From the NCBI GenBank assembly GCA_951406725.2, contig OX597821.1, positions 86,428,001 to 86,492,000 on the forward strand: a stretch of DNA of 64,000 bases, read 5' to 3'. Origin of the DNA: Octopus vulgaris. Lineage: Eukaryota. Shown here piece by piece: positions 25,938 through 39,880 of the stretch; within the stretch, counting starts at the first letter, position 1; every line of letters begins with the position of its first letter. Position numbers and translations under genes: made by a program. Under the pieces are notes generated by a model. The model was not told the origin of the DNA, did not search any database, and saw only the letters and a list, made by a program, of their open reading frames with translations.

Positions 25938-26600
25938 ATCCTAAATTTTGTTTGATATATAACGTTTTAAAAAATTGCACGAACAGATTGATATTCCAGA
26001 ATTTAATGATCGATATATACTGTCTTCATAGAGTGTTAAATTTAAGAATCGACCATTCCCAGTAATTAAATCTGATGGTCCGTTAACTATACTACCGCCG
26101 TCAATTCCACAACCGTATTTAAGTTTAGACAATAAGATATTTGTATACGGTTCTCATTTGAAGCAGTCAGACAATCTATTGATCAAAAGTGAATGCATTA
26201 TATCACTTTCGTCCAGTTTTTTTTTATATATTTACTTCCGTTACCATACAACTAATCAGGACACAATCGTAAATTTAGTTTTTATCTAACGTTTTTTCTT
26301 ATTCCAGAGATGTTAGTTAGTTAGTTAATTATTTGGCTCAAAAAGCAAAAAGCAAGGCCATGTAGGGGGACATGGAGTTATGTACAGGATGGTGTTCATG
26401 TAAAAAGTTCGGCATCTTTACTATCTCGTCCGGCAGCTTATTCCACGGATCCGCAACCCGGACGGAAAAAGGAACTGATTATATAATAATACGAAAATCC
26501 TTTCTAGTGAGAGGCACAACATCTAGAATTTTGGGGGAGAAATTTAGTCGATCACATCGACCAGAGTGCTTAAATGGTCCTTATTTCGTCCATCCCGAAA
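25938..26600 (+). repeat. Left copy of nuclear segment duplicated around the NUMT
   Basis: Aligns by eye with 30555-31059; carries an extra ~160-bp LINE 3' end (26312-26470; minus strand FSVRVADPWNKLP with (CTAA)n tail). Confidence 0.85.
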
Positions 26601-27678
26601 TAATTATTACCTTATTATTTTTAAATGTTGAATTAAAATGGGAGTTGCCTTTATAATTTATAATAATTTTTAGGTTTATGAAATTGAAATTGATTTTAGA
26701 GGGGTTAGAGAATTTATCATTATCTTTTATTTTAATATTTATTTGATAATATATCAAGGGTTTTAATTTTTTTAAAGATTTTGGACGAGTGGTTTAATAA
26801 TATTGTAAAGTTACAAGTCGGTGATTTTTTCTTCTTTTGTTTTAGTATTATGTTTTGTGGTGGTTATTATAATTTTTTGTGGAGAATTTAATAATATTTT
26901 ATTTGTTTTTTGAAATTTCGTTAATTCTTATTTTGTTATTAATATTAAGTTGAGTTTATCAGCCTGAACGATTACAAGCTTGTATTATATAATATCATAT
27001 ACAATTAGAATTTCTTTGACTTTATTGTGTTTATCATTATTAGGTTATCGAGAGGGATCTTACAGAATGAGTATTATTAATTGTTTATTTTTGGGTAATG
27101 TTAATTGATATGGGATTTTTGGTTTGTTATAGGCTTTTTTAGTAAAATTACCTATTTATTCTTTTCATTTGTGATTGCCTAAAACTCATGTAGAGGCTCC
27201 TGTTTCGGGTCAGTAAATTTGGCTAGTATTATTGAAGTTAGGGGGTTATGGGGTTATGGGGTTATGCGATTTATGGGTTTATTTAAGCTTTTAGGTAGAA
27301 ATTATATAGTTATGTTGACTGTTATTTGTTTATGAGGAGGTTTCTTGACTTTTATTATTTGTGTCGATCAGAGTGATATGAAGAGTTTAATTGCTTATTC
27401 TTCTATTGGTCATATAGGGGTGATATTAGCAGGTAAGGTTAGAGGATTTCTTGTTGATTGGGAAGGAGCTATTTTAATAATAATTTGTCACGGGTTGTGT
27501 TCATCGAGTTTATTTTGTCTAGGTAATTTGATCAATGTTAAAATTGACAGTCGAAGTTTGTTTTTGTGTGGAAGTATAATTAATTATCATCCTATGATCA
27601 GTTTATTAATATATTTGATATGAATTTGTAATATAGGAGCCTCTCAATTTATTGATTTAATTAGGAGTTATGTATTTC

Positions 27679-27709
<31 letters not shown>

Positions 27710-27920
27710 AATATTTTGTTGTAGTGATGTTATTTGTGGGGGCGGGATTATATAATGTAATTTTCTATGTTAAAGTTGATCATGGCCAGACAATGAGTTT
27801 TATAAAAGTACTCAGAGTTAATAAAAGAAAGGAAACTTTATTATTATTGTTACATATTATTCCTTTATTGATATTTATTTTAGATATTAGTTATATTAGG
27901 GGGATTCATTTAAAAAATTT
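26601..27920 (+). pseudogene. ND4: NUMT: NADH dehydrogenase subunit 4 pseudogene
   Basis: In the invertebrate mitochondrial code: [50 protein letters not shown]; frameshifts and a (TA)n insertion. Confidence 0.93.
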
Positions 27921-27982
27921 TTAAATTACTTAATGGAAAAATGCTAGGTTGTGAGCTTAGAGGAAAAGTTTATTTATTTTAC
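27915..27982 (+). tRNA. trnH: NUMT: mitochondrial tRNA-His pseudogene
   Basis: Anticodon arm ctagg-tt-GTG-ag-cttag between ND4 and ND5; ends approximate. Confidence 0.7.
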
Positions 27983-27984
27983 TA

Positions 27985-29633
27985 CGAATAAATTGAAATT
28001 AGAGATTTTTTAGTATTTTGTTAATGTCGGTTTCTTTTTTGTTTTAGCTATTTTACTGAAATATTTGATTTTGAATAATTGTTGTGTTATTTCATGGGAA
28101 ATTTTTATTGCTATAAGATTGCTCGTTGAGTTAAATATTCTATGTGACTGGATAAGTTGTAGTTTTAGAAGATTAGATTGCTTGATTTCTAGATCGGTAT
28201 GTGTTTTTAGTATTAGATGTATAGAGGGAGATTTTAATGTGAAATGGTTTATGATAGTGTTAATGTTTTTTGTTTTGTCTATAATTTTTAAAAATTTTTA
28301 TTCATAGATTCGTTAGTTTGATTTGGGGATGAGATGGATTAGGATTAATATCATTTTGTTTAGATATTTACTATCAGAATAATAAATCATTGAATGCAGG
28401 TATACTAACGGTGTTAATAAATCGGGTTGGAAATTGTTTTATTTTAGCTGTTAGGACACTGAAATTATTTATGTATTTGATATTTTTGGTTTTTTGATAT
28501 TTGCATAGATTTTGTAGTTATTGCTGGAATAACTAAAAGAGCTCAGATTCCATTTAAAAGTTGATTACCTGCTGCAATAGCAGCACCTACTCCCGTTTCA
28601 ACTTTAGTTCATTCTTCTACTTTGGTTACAGCAGGAGTGTTTTTATTAGTTCAGTTTTACAATTGTTTAGTGTAAGTAAATTATTTTTGTTGTCTCATAG
28701 TATTTATTTCTATTATAATTACTTTTATGTCAGTGATTTGTGCTATTTATGAGTATGATATTTTAAAAAAATATTGCTTTATCAACTTTAAGTCAGTTGG
28801 GGATAATGATGATGTGTTTAGGAATAGAAATGCATGTATTAGCTTTATTTCATTTATATACGCATGCTGTATTTAAAGCTTTGTTATTTTTGTGTGGTTA
28901 GAATATTATTCGTTGTTATTGTGGAATACAAGATATTGGAGATGTTAAAGGAGTAAGATATAATTTACCTTTTTCTAGAATTATTCTTAAAATTTCAAAT
29001 ATAGTGTTATGTGGATTTCCTTTTTTGGCTGGATTTTATTCAAAAGATATAATTATTGAAGTTTTGTTAAGTAGGGATATGAATATACTGATTGGTAGAT
29101 TTGGGATGTTTGGAGTGTGTTTAACTATGCTATATTCTATACGTATATCTATTTATGTGGTATGGGGGGACTTAAAAAGTGTGGTTTATGAGAATATAAA
29201 AGATGATGATTTATGTGTTATGCCGATAGTAATTTTGTGTATTGGTACTTTGTTTGGGAGTTTTATGTTGCAGAGAGTAGTTCTTTGTTTCAATGAAGTA
29301 ATTATTTTACCTTTATTATATAGAATGTTAGTTGTGTTGTTGTTGATGTTTTCTATATTATTATCTTTTAGATTATGAAATGAGAAAAAAATGAGTAAAA
29401 TTAAATATAAATATATCGGTGTAATACGAAAATATGATTTATGTCTGTTTATATTAATGATGAAGAACATTACTAATATAAATTTAAAGTTAGTAGTTAT
29501 AGGCTGGTTAGAGATGTTAGGGGGTCAGGGAATGTTTATAATGATTAAGAAGATAATATATAAAATGGAATGATGAATAGTTGTTTCGTTTAATGTTAAT
29601 ATAGTTGTTATTATTATCTTTATCTTTATAATT
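27985..29633 (+). pseudogene. ND5: NUMT: NADH dehydrogenase subunit 5 pseudogene
   Basis: [62 protein letters not shown]; interrupted by stops and frameshifts. Confidence 0.95.
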
Positions 29634-29634
29634 T

Positions 29635-29702
29635 ACTTAAATAGCTTAAATAGTAGAGCATGACGTTGAAGGTGTTAAGGTGGTAAAATATATATTTAAG
29701 TG
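29635..29702 (+). tRNA. trnF: NUMT: mitochondrial tRNA-Phe pseudogene
   Basis: Acceptor stem acttaaa/tttaagt, D arm agctt..agagc, anticodon loop tt-GAA-gg. Confidence 0.8.
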
Positions 29703-29711
29703 AGTAAGTAT

Positions 29712-29885
29712 AAAAGTTAGATTTTATCACGTGATGATTATCAGAATATAGAATAACTAATAAAGAAAAGATGTAACCTTGAATAATAGCAATACCAATT
29801 TCGAAAATGAAATAACCAATTTGAATTAATAAAGCGATTGATGTTGTAATAATAGAGGTATTGATTAATGAAAATGACAGAAATT
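29712..29885 (-). pseudogene. ATP6: NUMT: ATP synthase F0 subunit 6, 3' end
   Basis: Minus strand GYFIFEIGIAIIQGYIFSLLVILYSD, the ATP6 C-terminal 'E..VA.IQ.YVF' helix; convergent with trnF as in octopod mtDNA. Confidence 0.8.
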
Positions 29886-30219
29886 TAATATAATTTTGGA
29901 TTATTGACAGAAATAGGTGGACTTTGGAGGATACATCGATAAAATAGATAATTTAAAAATTAATGTGTTGTAATTAATAAATTGAATATTGGGATCTCTG
30001 GTTGTTGTTTCTTATACTTAGTTGTAACTAAGGATATTAATTAATTAATTTTTTTGGTATGTATATGATATATAAATATTATTTAAATATCACAAATAAT
30101 AACTTAATGGTATTTATATTTATATATATTTGAGTATAAATAAGTTGTTTAATTTTATTGATGATTGATTAATAACGATTGTGGAACTTATGTTATTTAA
30201 GAATATTTATGGTTATATA

Positions 30220-30262
<43 letters not shown>

Positions 30263-30554
30263 TTATATCTATTTATATTTATTTATTTATTTAATATTTT
30301 GTAAGATGTGTATAATATATTAAATATATTATATAAAGTGTATATATTATATAAGATGTATATATTATATAAAATGTACAGATTATATCGAATGTATATA
30401 TTATATCATTTTTTGTGGTGTATATTGCACGAAAAATTTCCAATTTTTTAGGAATAATATGGATGGTTAAGATTATCAAAATAATGTAATTTTATTGGTG
30501 TAAGAAGTATGGGTGTACTTTTTATACTTTTTATACATAATTTAGAATTATGTC

Positions 30555-31059
30555 ATCCTCAATTTTGTTTGATAAATAACGTTTTAAAAAATTGCACGAA
30601 CAGACTGATGTTCCAGAATTTAATTATCGATATATACTGTCTTCGTAGCGTGTGAAATATAAGAATCGACCATTCCCAGTAATTAAATCTGATGATCTGT
30701 CAACTATACAGCCGACTACAACCGAAGAGGTAAGTTTTTAAGTTGACACAATAAAATAGTTTGTATACGGTTCTCGTTTAAAATGGTCAGACAAACTATT
30801 GATCAAAGGTGAATGCTTCATGTCACTATCGTTCAGTTTTTATACATATTTACTTCCGTTACCATATAACTAATCAGGACACAATCGTAAATTTAGTTTT
30901 CATTTAATCTCTTTTCATATTCCACAGATGAAACTGATTATATGATAATACAAAAATCCTTTCTAGTGAGAGGCACAATATCTGGAATTTTGGGGGAGAG
31001 GGTCAGTCGGTTACATCGGCCATAGTACTTAAATGGTCCTTATTTCGTCGATCTCGAAA
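30555..31059 (+). repeat. Right copy of nuclear segment duplicated around the NUMT
   Basis: Same order of blocks as 25938-26600 but lacking the LINE insertion; many substitutions. Confidence 0.85.
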
Positions 31060-32696
31060 GAATACATCGTAAACTGGATCTACAAAAGAATATAACAAGG
31101 CAACCAAACTTTGAGATATGACGATACTCACAAATATGGAATATAGGTTATTCGATCGGGTATTTTTGTGTAGGATACGAAGAAACGAAGTGCTTCATAG
31201 TCGAAGTATTAATTCAAATATACTATAGCGGATCATCAAAAGAAATGGAGAGAATTTCTAAATATTGTAGAAAGAGCCATACCCAGAACATGAAAAGTGG
31301 AAATTGAAACGTTACCTATAATGACAGGTGCCTTGAGAATAGTTAATTAAAGTTGCGAAATTAAGGAAGTGGATTCAATTACTTGTGTACTCTGCTGTGT
31401 ATGTTCGAAATAATTTCTGCTGCACTAATTCATGCAATGGAATTATGAACCATTGTATTCTCACAAATTCTTGTCGGATTATTTATTTTAGCTATTATCA
31501 ACTTTATCATTCAGTTAACTATAAGTTATTGTAACAAATTAGCAGTTACAAAATATTACACACCATTTTAAACAAAAAAGTCAGAAGAGAGTTAACATTG
31601 CTTATGGCATTTTATATCTTCATAGACTGGTGAAATCGATATTGCTTATGCTCAGCTTGGTAATCTAACCCAATGTGCATAGAAAATAGGATTCTAGTAG
31701 AGTGAATTTTGGAGAGGCAAGATAGCAAGAAGTTCGGATACTCCGTGGTTTAAATACCGTGAGAATAACTTAAGAAGGAAATTAGGTGAGACGAGTCAAC
31801 GAGTCTGTGAGAATATGCAACCAGCTAGTTAGGAAGAATAGTGACTATTGTAGAATCTATAGAAGAGACAGAGAGTACCAATCTATCTATGAGCTAATTG
31901 TTGAAGTATGTTAATGATGGATGCTTCGCTACTTAGTTGAGTGACCCGTTGTGTTTGGTGTTGGAGGTTCGTGTGTGTTTTGTTTGCACGTGTGCATGCG
32001 TGCGTGTGTGAGTACGTCTGTTTAGTTTGCCTGTCTGTCTGTCTGTCTAACATGGTGTAGTAGTAGTACCATACACCATTTTTTCGGTGACTCAAAGTTT
32101 AGAAAACTGAAAGGTAAAATGTCAGAGCTTCATTTTAATTCTAAAACTAAAATTTTAAGATCTTCTCAAAATAAATTCGTTTTATTCAATTTAATTTCCT
32201 TTTTTTCCCTCGTATTTTCTAGAATTCAGCTGCGAAATTCTGTGTGACGACCGGAATAATTTTCATTTTCATTTCTTATTGGTTAATTTAACACTTGTCA
32301 GACCTCAGACCATATTAATATAATAACTATTCTTACAAATAGGAAAAACAATCCTTAATGTATAGCTGAGGAAAATCTTCGATGAATATTTTCGTAGATA
32401 TTAACAAACATTAAATCTATACGAATACATACATATTTATGTGTGTATGTGTGCGCGCGCTTATATAAACATTTTAAAGTTAATTTCATATACCATTAGT
32501 CAAATTGTTTATACGATTTTAGTTTTCGATATTTCATAAGATTATCCGTAAAATGTGGCATAAAATGAACATTTATCTGGTGTGATATGAATTAAGTGAT
32601 TCTATAAGCTTCATTTTTCATAACGAGTTAAAACTTCATTTTCCACAATGAATTAAAATTCAGTGTTACTTTCTTACAAAGGATATATCCAGAATG

Positions 32697-32935
32697 TAAT
32701 ATTTCTGCATAATAAAATTTTTCAATTTCTGCGTAATAAAATTTTTGTATAAAGATTTCTGCGTAATAAAATTTTTGTATAAAGATTTCTGCGTAATAAA
32801 ATTTTTGTATAAAGATTTCTCCGTAATAAAATTTTTGTATAAACTTTTCTGCGTAATAAAATTTTTGTATAAAGATTTCTGCGTAATAAAATTTTTCAAT
32901 TAATATATTTTTCTGCACAATAAAATTTTTCGGTA
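32697..32935. repeat. 30-bp minisatellite
   Basis: Unit gcgtaataaaatttttgtataaagatttct, about 5 full copies plus degenerate flanks. Confidence 0.95.
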
Positions 32936-35584
32936 AATAAACTTTTCTCTTCAGTCTGTAAACAGAAATAGTTTTAGAAATAATTTTGTTTTACCTATTT
33001 TGTTTAACTTGTTCTATTTATTATCGACTAGAATAGATTGATATCGACCAGATTGACTGTGATCCGACTCATTACTCTAGATGATACTATTGACTCATCA
33101 CTCTGGATGGTACTTCCAGTAATTAAGTAATACAAACTCTACAAAACTCAGTATCCAAGTCTATGATACTGGCAAGCATGATCAATTGTAAACTATCAAA
33201 TGGACAGCAAAAAAGTTTAAATTTAAAATTTCTTATTGTTTCGAAAACATGTGAAAACTGGAAAACCAAACTTAGAATTATAATTCAGCAAATTTCAGCT
33301 TCTAATAGTAGCAATAATAAGTATTTCTTATTTTGGGACCAGAGAAACATTTTTGAAGAAAGGAGAAGTCGAGTGCATCTTACCCATATCCAGCTAGTTC
33401 TTATTTTATTGTCCCCGAAAGGATGAAAGACACAGTTGACGTAGCTGACATTAGAAACATCGAAAGAAATACCACCAAATATTGGTCCCGGTACACTAAC
33501 GATTGTATCAACTAGCTGATTAAGAACTAACTTGTAAAAGATAAATTTCAATGTTATTACGACCTTACTTTAAATCTGACAATTGTAGTGGAAAATAAAA
33601 GTATTTCCCTTACAAACGGCAAAATGTTGCTGACTGAAAATTTTTGTAAAATAGGGAACCCATCTCAAAGCAAATTGTTTCAAGTGCTAATATTGCATTT
33701 AATAAATCAAGATACGTTTGTAGCAGAAGTAACTCTTCTATAGTCTGAAGGCGTTAGTAGATCTCTTGCCATTTTTATCATCTTTCCCTACCTTATTCAG
33801 TCGTCTGCACAAAATACGTCAATATTTGGTCTGTTTCCACCGTCAAAGTCTTGTCTATTACGAAGACGATGAACATACGTAAACTATCATTCATCTTCTT
33901 AATTTTATTCTCAGTTATTCCCCACGTTAAACACGAGCAAAAGAGAAGAAATAGACAAAGTTACGCAACCTACTTTTACATGAATATTAATGGGAAGACT
34001 TAAAAGTAGATTGGCAATCCCACGTATATATATATTTCTTTCTCTCCCCCTCCTTAGCTTATTCTCTTTCTCGTTGCTTACATGTGAATATCGTCCATCT
34101 TTCTTTTCCTCACGTGATCATCTTTCTTTCCTTTCAACACTGTCCTAAGGAGCAGACATATTCTATCTTTCTCTTTTCAAAGAAAATATTTCTCCAGCGT
34201 TCGCTATTTTACCCTCATTCTAGTCAAACGACCCTCCATATTTGCTTTCGTTCGGTGTCCTTGTATGTCTCGATTGTCCTGTTTTTGTTCACAACTTTCA
34301 CCCTCCATAAATCCAAAATTTTATTTTGGCACTTATGGGAGCATCTGTCTTCGAAGACTTATATTGTCGTTCAATACTCGAAATGAGGAGTTGATAGACA
34401 GCCGACAACTGATGAAGGGTGGTTCTTTGTGTTACTTGTCCTGTTTTCCATTTGTTTCTCTCGTTGTTTGCGTATTGAACTCTTTTGTTTGCGTTCATGG
34501 GTCAGTTCCTTCCCCTGTCAGTATATGTATATATTTGCGCTTTTCTTACAGCATTAAGAGTATTTTAACTCTTATTTCTAACAATGTAGGTTCTTTGGCA
34601 CCCTAAGTCACACTAAGTGGGAACGGAATTTTTCCTTTATGGTTGCATCTGGCTGTTTATATAAATATATAATTCGGAGTTGAAATGTGGTTTTTTTACC
34701 ACATTTGAAGATATAGAGCGGATCCCCTACCAGACTGAGGTTAAAGAGGAGAAAACGTTGAATGTGGTGGTGTAGGGACGGAGACCGAACTGCTATATAC
34801 GCGGGGTGAGGGGTCATATGAAGACTTAGTGCCCCGTATTTGAATTCTCGCATAGCGAGAAGGTGGTGGAGAAGGAGCAAGAGAAAGAGCAGACGGAGGA
34901 GAGATTACAAACAATGGAAGATAAAATTGAGGAGGATTGTACTCAGGAGGTTAAAGATAAGAAAAAGAGTGAGGCGAAAGAAACGAAAGAGGAGAGTGAC
35001 GGGTTTTTCAGCTCCAAAAGAAGGAAGAAATCTAAGGGAAGAGAGCATTCGGCAGAACGCAAGAAAGGTAAGGAAAGACTTGAAGTCAAAAATATGCAAG
35101 AGACAGGGGAAAAGACAATAAAAGAACTAGGCAAATATAAGGGTGTCTTGGTAGCGTATGAGTAGAGTGTGGATGCGGAAAGAAAAATTGCGAAATGGAA
35201 GGGACTGATGAGAGTGAAGCTGCCAGAAACCAGTTTTGATGCAGATGATAGAGGTATTATGATACCTGACGAAAGGTATGAGAGATTCATCGATGGATAT
35301 TTTTGGACATATGAAAATGATACAATGGTTTTGCTTGTATGAGATTCCAATTTCTGTAGTTGAATGCGACGGGATGAAAAGAATGGAGATACCAAAGTAA
35401 AAGAACTTTTAATTTGAAAAAAGGAAAAACTGGAAAAACTCCTTTTTCTAACTTTTAGTTCCTTGAGTTTATGTTTGTTGCGTTTGTATTGTCTTTATGT
35501 TTTGTATTTGTCGAGGAGCTTCTACGTACAACATTTTATAGGTAATAAAAAATTAGTTTATATGAATATATATATATACCCCGA

Positions 35585-36670
35585 ACACCTCACAAATACT
35601 GGGACAGAACTGGAAAGCCTAGTCCAGTCAATGCGGATTTACTCCAACGTTATTAATATGGAGTTTAAACTTTCAAAACATGCCACGATGGTGATGAGAC
35701 GAGAAAGCTTGCCAGGATAGAAGGTACTTGGTTGCCAATTGGTGAACTGATGAAGGCAGCTCAACCTCATTTAATCTATAAATACCTGGGAAGATTTGAG
35801 GTAGGTGGAATCAAACACAACGACTTGAAGTAAAAGTCATAAAGAGTACCTGCGACGAGTGAGAAAACTATTGGCTTCAAAGGTGAATGCCAAAAACATG
35901 ATTTCGGTAATAAACTAGAGCTCAGTCGCGGTAGTTCGGTATGGCGCCGGAATCCTGAATTGGACAGAGGAGAAGCTAAAGGAGATGAACTTGAAGTCAA
36001 GAAAGCTCCTAACGATGCATAGAGCCCATCATCCACATGCAGATCGCCAATGCATGAAGCCCATTATCCACAATACTGATCACCTATACATGAAGGGAGC
36101 AAATGGATGAAGGGGACAGATAAGTGTGGAAGACTTCATGCGTATCGAACTCGAGAGCTTAATGCGATAACTTGCCCAGAGTAAGGAAACCTTAATAGTG
36201 ACTGTTAGAAACGAGGGTGTATTAATAGCAAAGAAAAAAGGAAAACAAAAGAAATACAAAAAGGACATGTAGAAGAAAAACGCAAGAAGAGACTACATAA
36301 TCAATTCCATGTAGACACAACAGGAGTTTCTTGGGAAAATAGGTGGGATAGATGATGATGAAAGGAACCCCATAATAAAAAGAGACCGAGAGAGCACTAT
36401 ATTGGCAGAACAAGACCAAGCTTTGACCACAAACTGGAGAATTAACCTGAAGAATGAGCAAATATTTCCGCTGCTGTGCCGCATCTGCAACAAAGCGAAT
36501 GAAACCATTACCCATATTATAAATGGATGCCATGCACTTGCCGAAAACTACGACAAGGTGTGGCGACATGACCATATAGCGGAAGTGCTCCATTGGAAAC
36601 TGTGCGAATAGTGGGGGCTGGAGAGAGGTAAAATATGGTACGAGCACAAGCCTCAGAGAATGGTCTACAC
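35585..36670 (+). mobile_element. Decayed R4/Dong-like LINE fragment
   Basis: YKYLG, AEQDQAL, LCRICNKANETITHIINGC, RHDHIAEVLHWKLC. Confidence 0.8.
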
Positions 36671-36959
36671 TAAGGGACCTCAGTTCGTTTAAATGGTGAC
36701 CTTGTTTCTAAGGCGACCCGAGGTCTCTGAAAACCAATTTTGAGCATGACCATGTTAAAAACAATAAACGAAGCTCAAAGGAAAAACACGTCTTGACACG
36801 CCAACGACAAAATAATAATAACAATGATTTCATTTATATGCCACAAGGGCGAAGGATGAGGGGGACAATACAGAGACAAAGATAAAGTGTAGGGGTTTAC
36901 ATATAATAATGAAATGATAAATAAGTAAGTATGCACCGTATATGCTGAAGAAGAAAGGG

Positions 36960-37270
36960 ACACATGCATAGTATATAAAGTAATAACAAATGGCGGGGAC
37001 GATGATAGAGATGTGGTCCTCCTGATACAGGGAGGCCTCTAGGGATAATCAAGGAACTCCACTTTCTGAGATTTCCCTGAAACCCCAAGACTAAGTGCTT
37101 ACCATTTTCACAACTTTCACCCACTCGAGGATAGCACTTCCCTCTCCGCTCTCAGCATCTTTTTAGTGAAACTTGAAAAACTTGAAAAAGTTTGTGAGAT
37201 CTCTACAAAAGAGGAATATATCTCCTCTCATGCCTTTCGGCTTTGTCCACCAAACAACTTCTTTCGCCAC
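36960..37270 (-). mobile_element. L1/Tx1-like ORF2 3' remnant
   Basis: AKEVVWWT...FFKFH, same family as 39400-39880. Confidence 0.6.
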
Positions 37271-37389
37271 AACAACAACAACAATAATAATAATAGTAAC
37301 AATAATGCAGTATGGAGATGCCGTATGGTTAAAGAAAGTGAGGGAGCTGGTAGTGAGTGAGAAGCAGCCAGGTCTAAAATTAACTCGTG

Positions 37390-38400
37390 CGTAAATAGGA
37401 TGGATAGAGTATAGAAAAGCCTGTGACATGATCCCACACTCATGGACGAAAACTGAATTAGCAAAGCTAGAAAGAAACATGAAGGAATTCAATATGAATG
37501 GAGGACTCCACCTAAGGGCAGGAATTGCAAGATTATGCTTATCTAGAAAGGAAGGCGGAAGAGGGTTAATATCAGTAGAAGACTGCGTAGAGTTAGCTAG
37601 AATAGATATAGACTCCTATATAGGTAATAGCGAAAAAAGTTTATTAAAAGCTGCTAGACTCACACAAGACATAGGGAAACCAAAAGCCCAAACTAAGTTA
37701 AAAACCAGAAAAAAAAAGAAATTGTCAGCAGTGATGTTGCATAGTAGATTCCCAAATATAGTTAGGGCAAATAGTAATAGTGAGACATGGTTGCTGAAGG
37801 GAAAGCTGAAGCGGGAGACATAAAGTTTGTTAATAGCTGCACAACATCAAGCATAAAGGTTAATTGGATAAAAGAGAAAATAAACAAAAACCGAGTAGAT
37901 TCCTAATGTAGATTATGCAAATCAAAAGCGCAAAGCGTTACTCATATAGTAAGTGTATGTAGTACGATGATACAGAAATAATACAAGAAAAAACATGGCA
38001 GTCGAGGGAGACCAATCCATTGGGATCTTTGCAGAAAGCTATACTGATAAATGGTATGAACATGAACCAAGTAAAGTACAAGAATGTAAGAAGTACAAGA
38101 TGTTGCTGGACTTTACAGTCCCAAATGATGAAAAAATTAATATGACAAGTATAGAAAAAGTAGCAAACTACCATGACCTAGTTATTGATTTACAGAGACT
38201 ATGGAATGTGCAGGTAAAATGTATTCCAGTAGCTCGAGGTGCATTGGGAAGTATCCCCTAAAGATATGAATATACGGGTAGAAGAAATAGGCATAAAACC
38301 CAGTTTAGTACAGCCGCAGAAAATAGTGGTATTAGGGACAGCTAGGATACTTAGGAGGGACCTTAACATCTAAGGTTACTTGCTGTAACCCGATAGGAGG
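37390..38400 (+). mobile_element. Decayed, internally deleted R4/Dong-like LINE
   Basis: IPHSW fused to LHLRAGIARLCLSRKEGGRGL; KVANYHDLVIDLQRLW..IPV..GALG. Confidence 0.75.
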
Positions 38401-38465
38401 GTTCTTGACATCTAAGTCTACTTGCTAAGATTCATTTATTTTTCATCGGCCTAATCCGTTGAGTG

Positions 38466-38555
<90 letters not shown>

Positions 38556-38566
38556 TATATAAATAA

Positions 38567-38937
38567 AAAATATAAAGACCTACTCATTGAAATTGAGAAA
38601 ATGTGGCATCTCAATGCGGTTACAATACCAGTGATCGTAGGAGCACTAGGAATGATCAAGAAGGGAACCGAAAATTATATGAGAATGATCCCTGGCTTAC
38701 CATCCCTGCAAGAAGTGCAAAAGATTGTCTTAACTGGTACATCACACGTATTGAGAAGAGCATTGTCGATGTGAGAACTGTTGCTGCTCATGTATTTTAA
38801 TTTAACTTAAAAAAAAATGAACGAACTATTGAGTTTGGTTTAATGGCCTACCAATGTATACTATGAGTTTCTTTGCCCTAGGAGTCAGGAAGACACTCGG
38901 CAAGAAATGGAAGCAAATTTGAAAGAAGAAGAAAAAA

Positions 38938-38940
<3 letters not shown>
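38567..38940 (+). mobile_element. Short 3' copy of the young R4/Dong-like LINE in (TAA)n
   Basis: KYKDLLIEIEKMWHL...LRRALSM plus 3' UTR, near-identical to the reverse complement of 16413-16802. Confidence 0.92.
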
Positions 38941-39016
<76 letters not shown>

Positions 39017-39030
39017 TGATGATGATGATG

Positions 39031-39073
<43 letters not shown>

Positions 39074-39081
39074 TAATAATG

Positions 39082-39125
<44 letters not shown>

Positions 39126-39156
39126 AATAATAACAATAATAATAATAATAATGATG

Positions 39157-39217
<61 letters not shown>

Positions 39218-39255
39218 TAATAATAATGATAATAATAATAATAATATTAACAATG

Positions 39256-39292
<37 letters not shown>

Positions 39293-39335
39293 TAATAATA
39301 ATAATAATAATAATAATGATAAAAATAATAATAAT
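38938..39335. repeat. (TAA)n/(TGA)n microsatellite, ~400 bp
   Basis: Direct reading. Confidence 0.95.
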
Positions 39336-39399
39336 TAATTCTTTTATTGGCCACAAGGGCTCACATACAAAGCATTAAAAGACATGCAGCAACATTTCA

Positions 39400-39880
39400 A
39401 ACGGAAGAGGACGAAAATGGGTCTTCGCGTTTATATAATGTAATACCAAAAAAGTGAAACAATTTAAACTCCCAATAAAGGAGGCGCTTTAAGGTCCTCG
39501 TGGAAAAACCTACAAATGCCTCGGGTACCTGAACAACAGGGTAAGAACAATTCTCCTTTGTTTTACAGGTGCACACGCTCAGAATTGGTCCTTTCACACT
39601 GGCCATTCTTCCAGCATTCACCCACCCATCAATAAACTTGCTACAAGGCAATACTTCCCTCTCCACCCTCAACTTCCTTTTCAAGTGAAACTTGTAAAAG
39701 TTGATGAGGGCTTGGCCAAAGAGGAAAGTGCCTGTCTTTAGCCCTTTCAAACGGGTCCACCATACTACCTCTTTCGCTATAGTCACTAGATAATTAAAAA
39801 TTGCCTGCAACTCCTGGCGAAAGGAGGGCGACAGGGAACCTTCATAATGGATTCAGCAGATAGCCGGATTCGTGCCACAC
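39400..39880 (-). mobile_element. L1/Tx1-like ORF2 3' end
   Basis: AIFNYLVTIAKEVVWWTRLKG...FYKFHLKRKLRVERE..FIDGWV resembles Tx1-type ORF2 C-termini. Confidence 0.65.

Noticed and set aside
26601-29885. True mitochondrial contig or assembly chimera
   Set aside because: Numerous frameshifts, stops in the mitochondrial code and a microsatellite insertion indicate long nuclear residence
32628-32918. Repetitive ORFs and CRISPR-like periodicity
   Set aside because: Pure 30-bp minisatellite with no unique spacers; eukaryotic context
34404-34440. gacaa-CTGATGA-aggg...ttgtc hammerhead-like half
   Set aside because: No GAAA and stem III half found downstream; at best a decayed remnant
34840-35400. 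Lys/Glu-rich ORFs
   Set aside because: Purine-rich and interrupted by stops; possibly a retroelement ORF1 relic but no diagnostic motif seen
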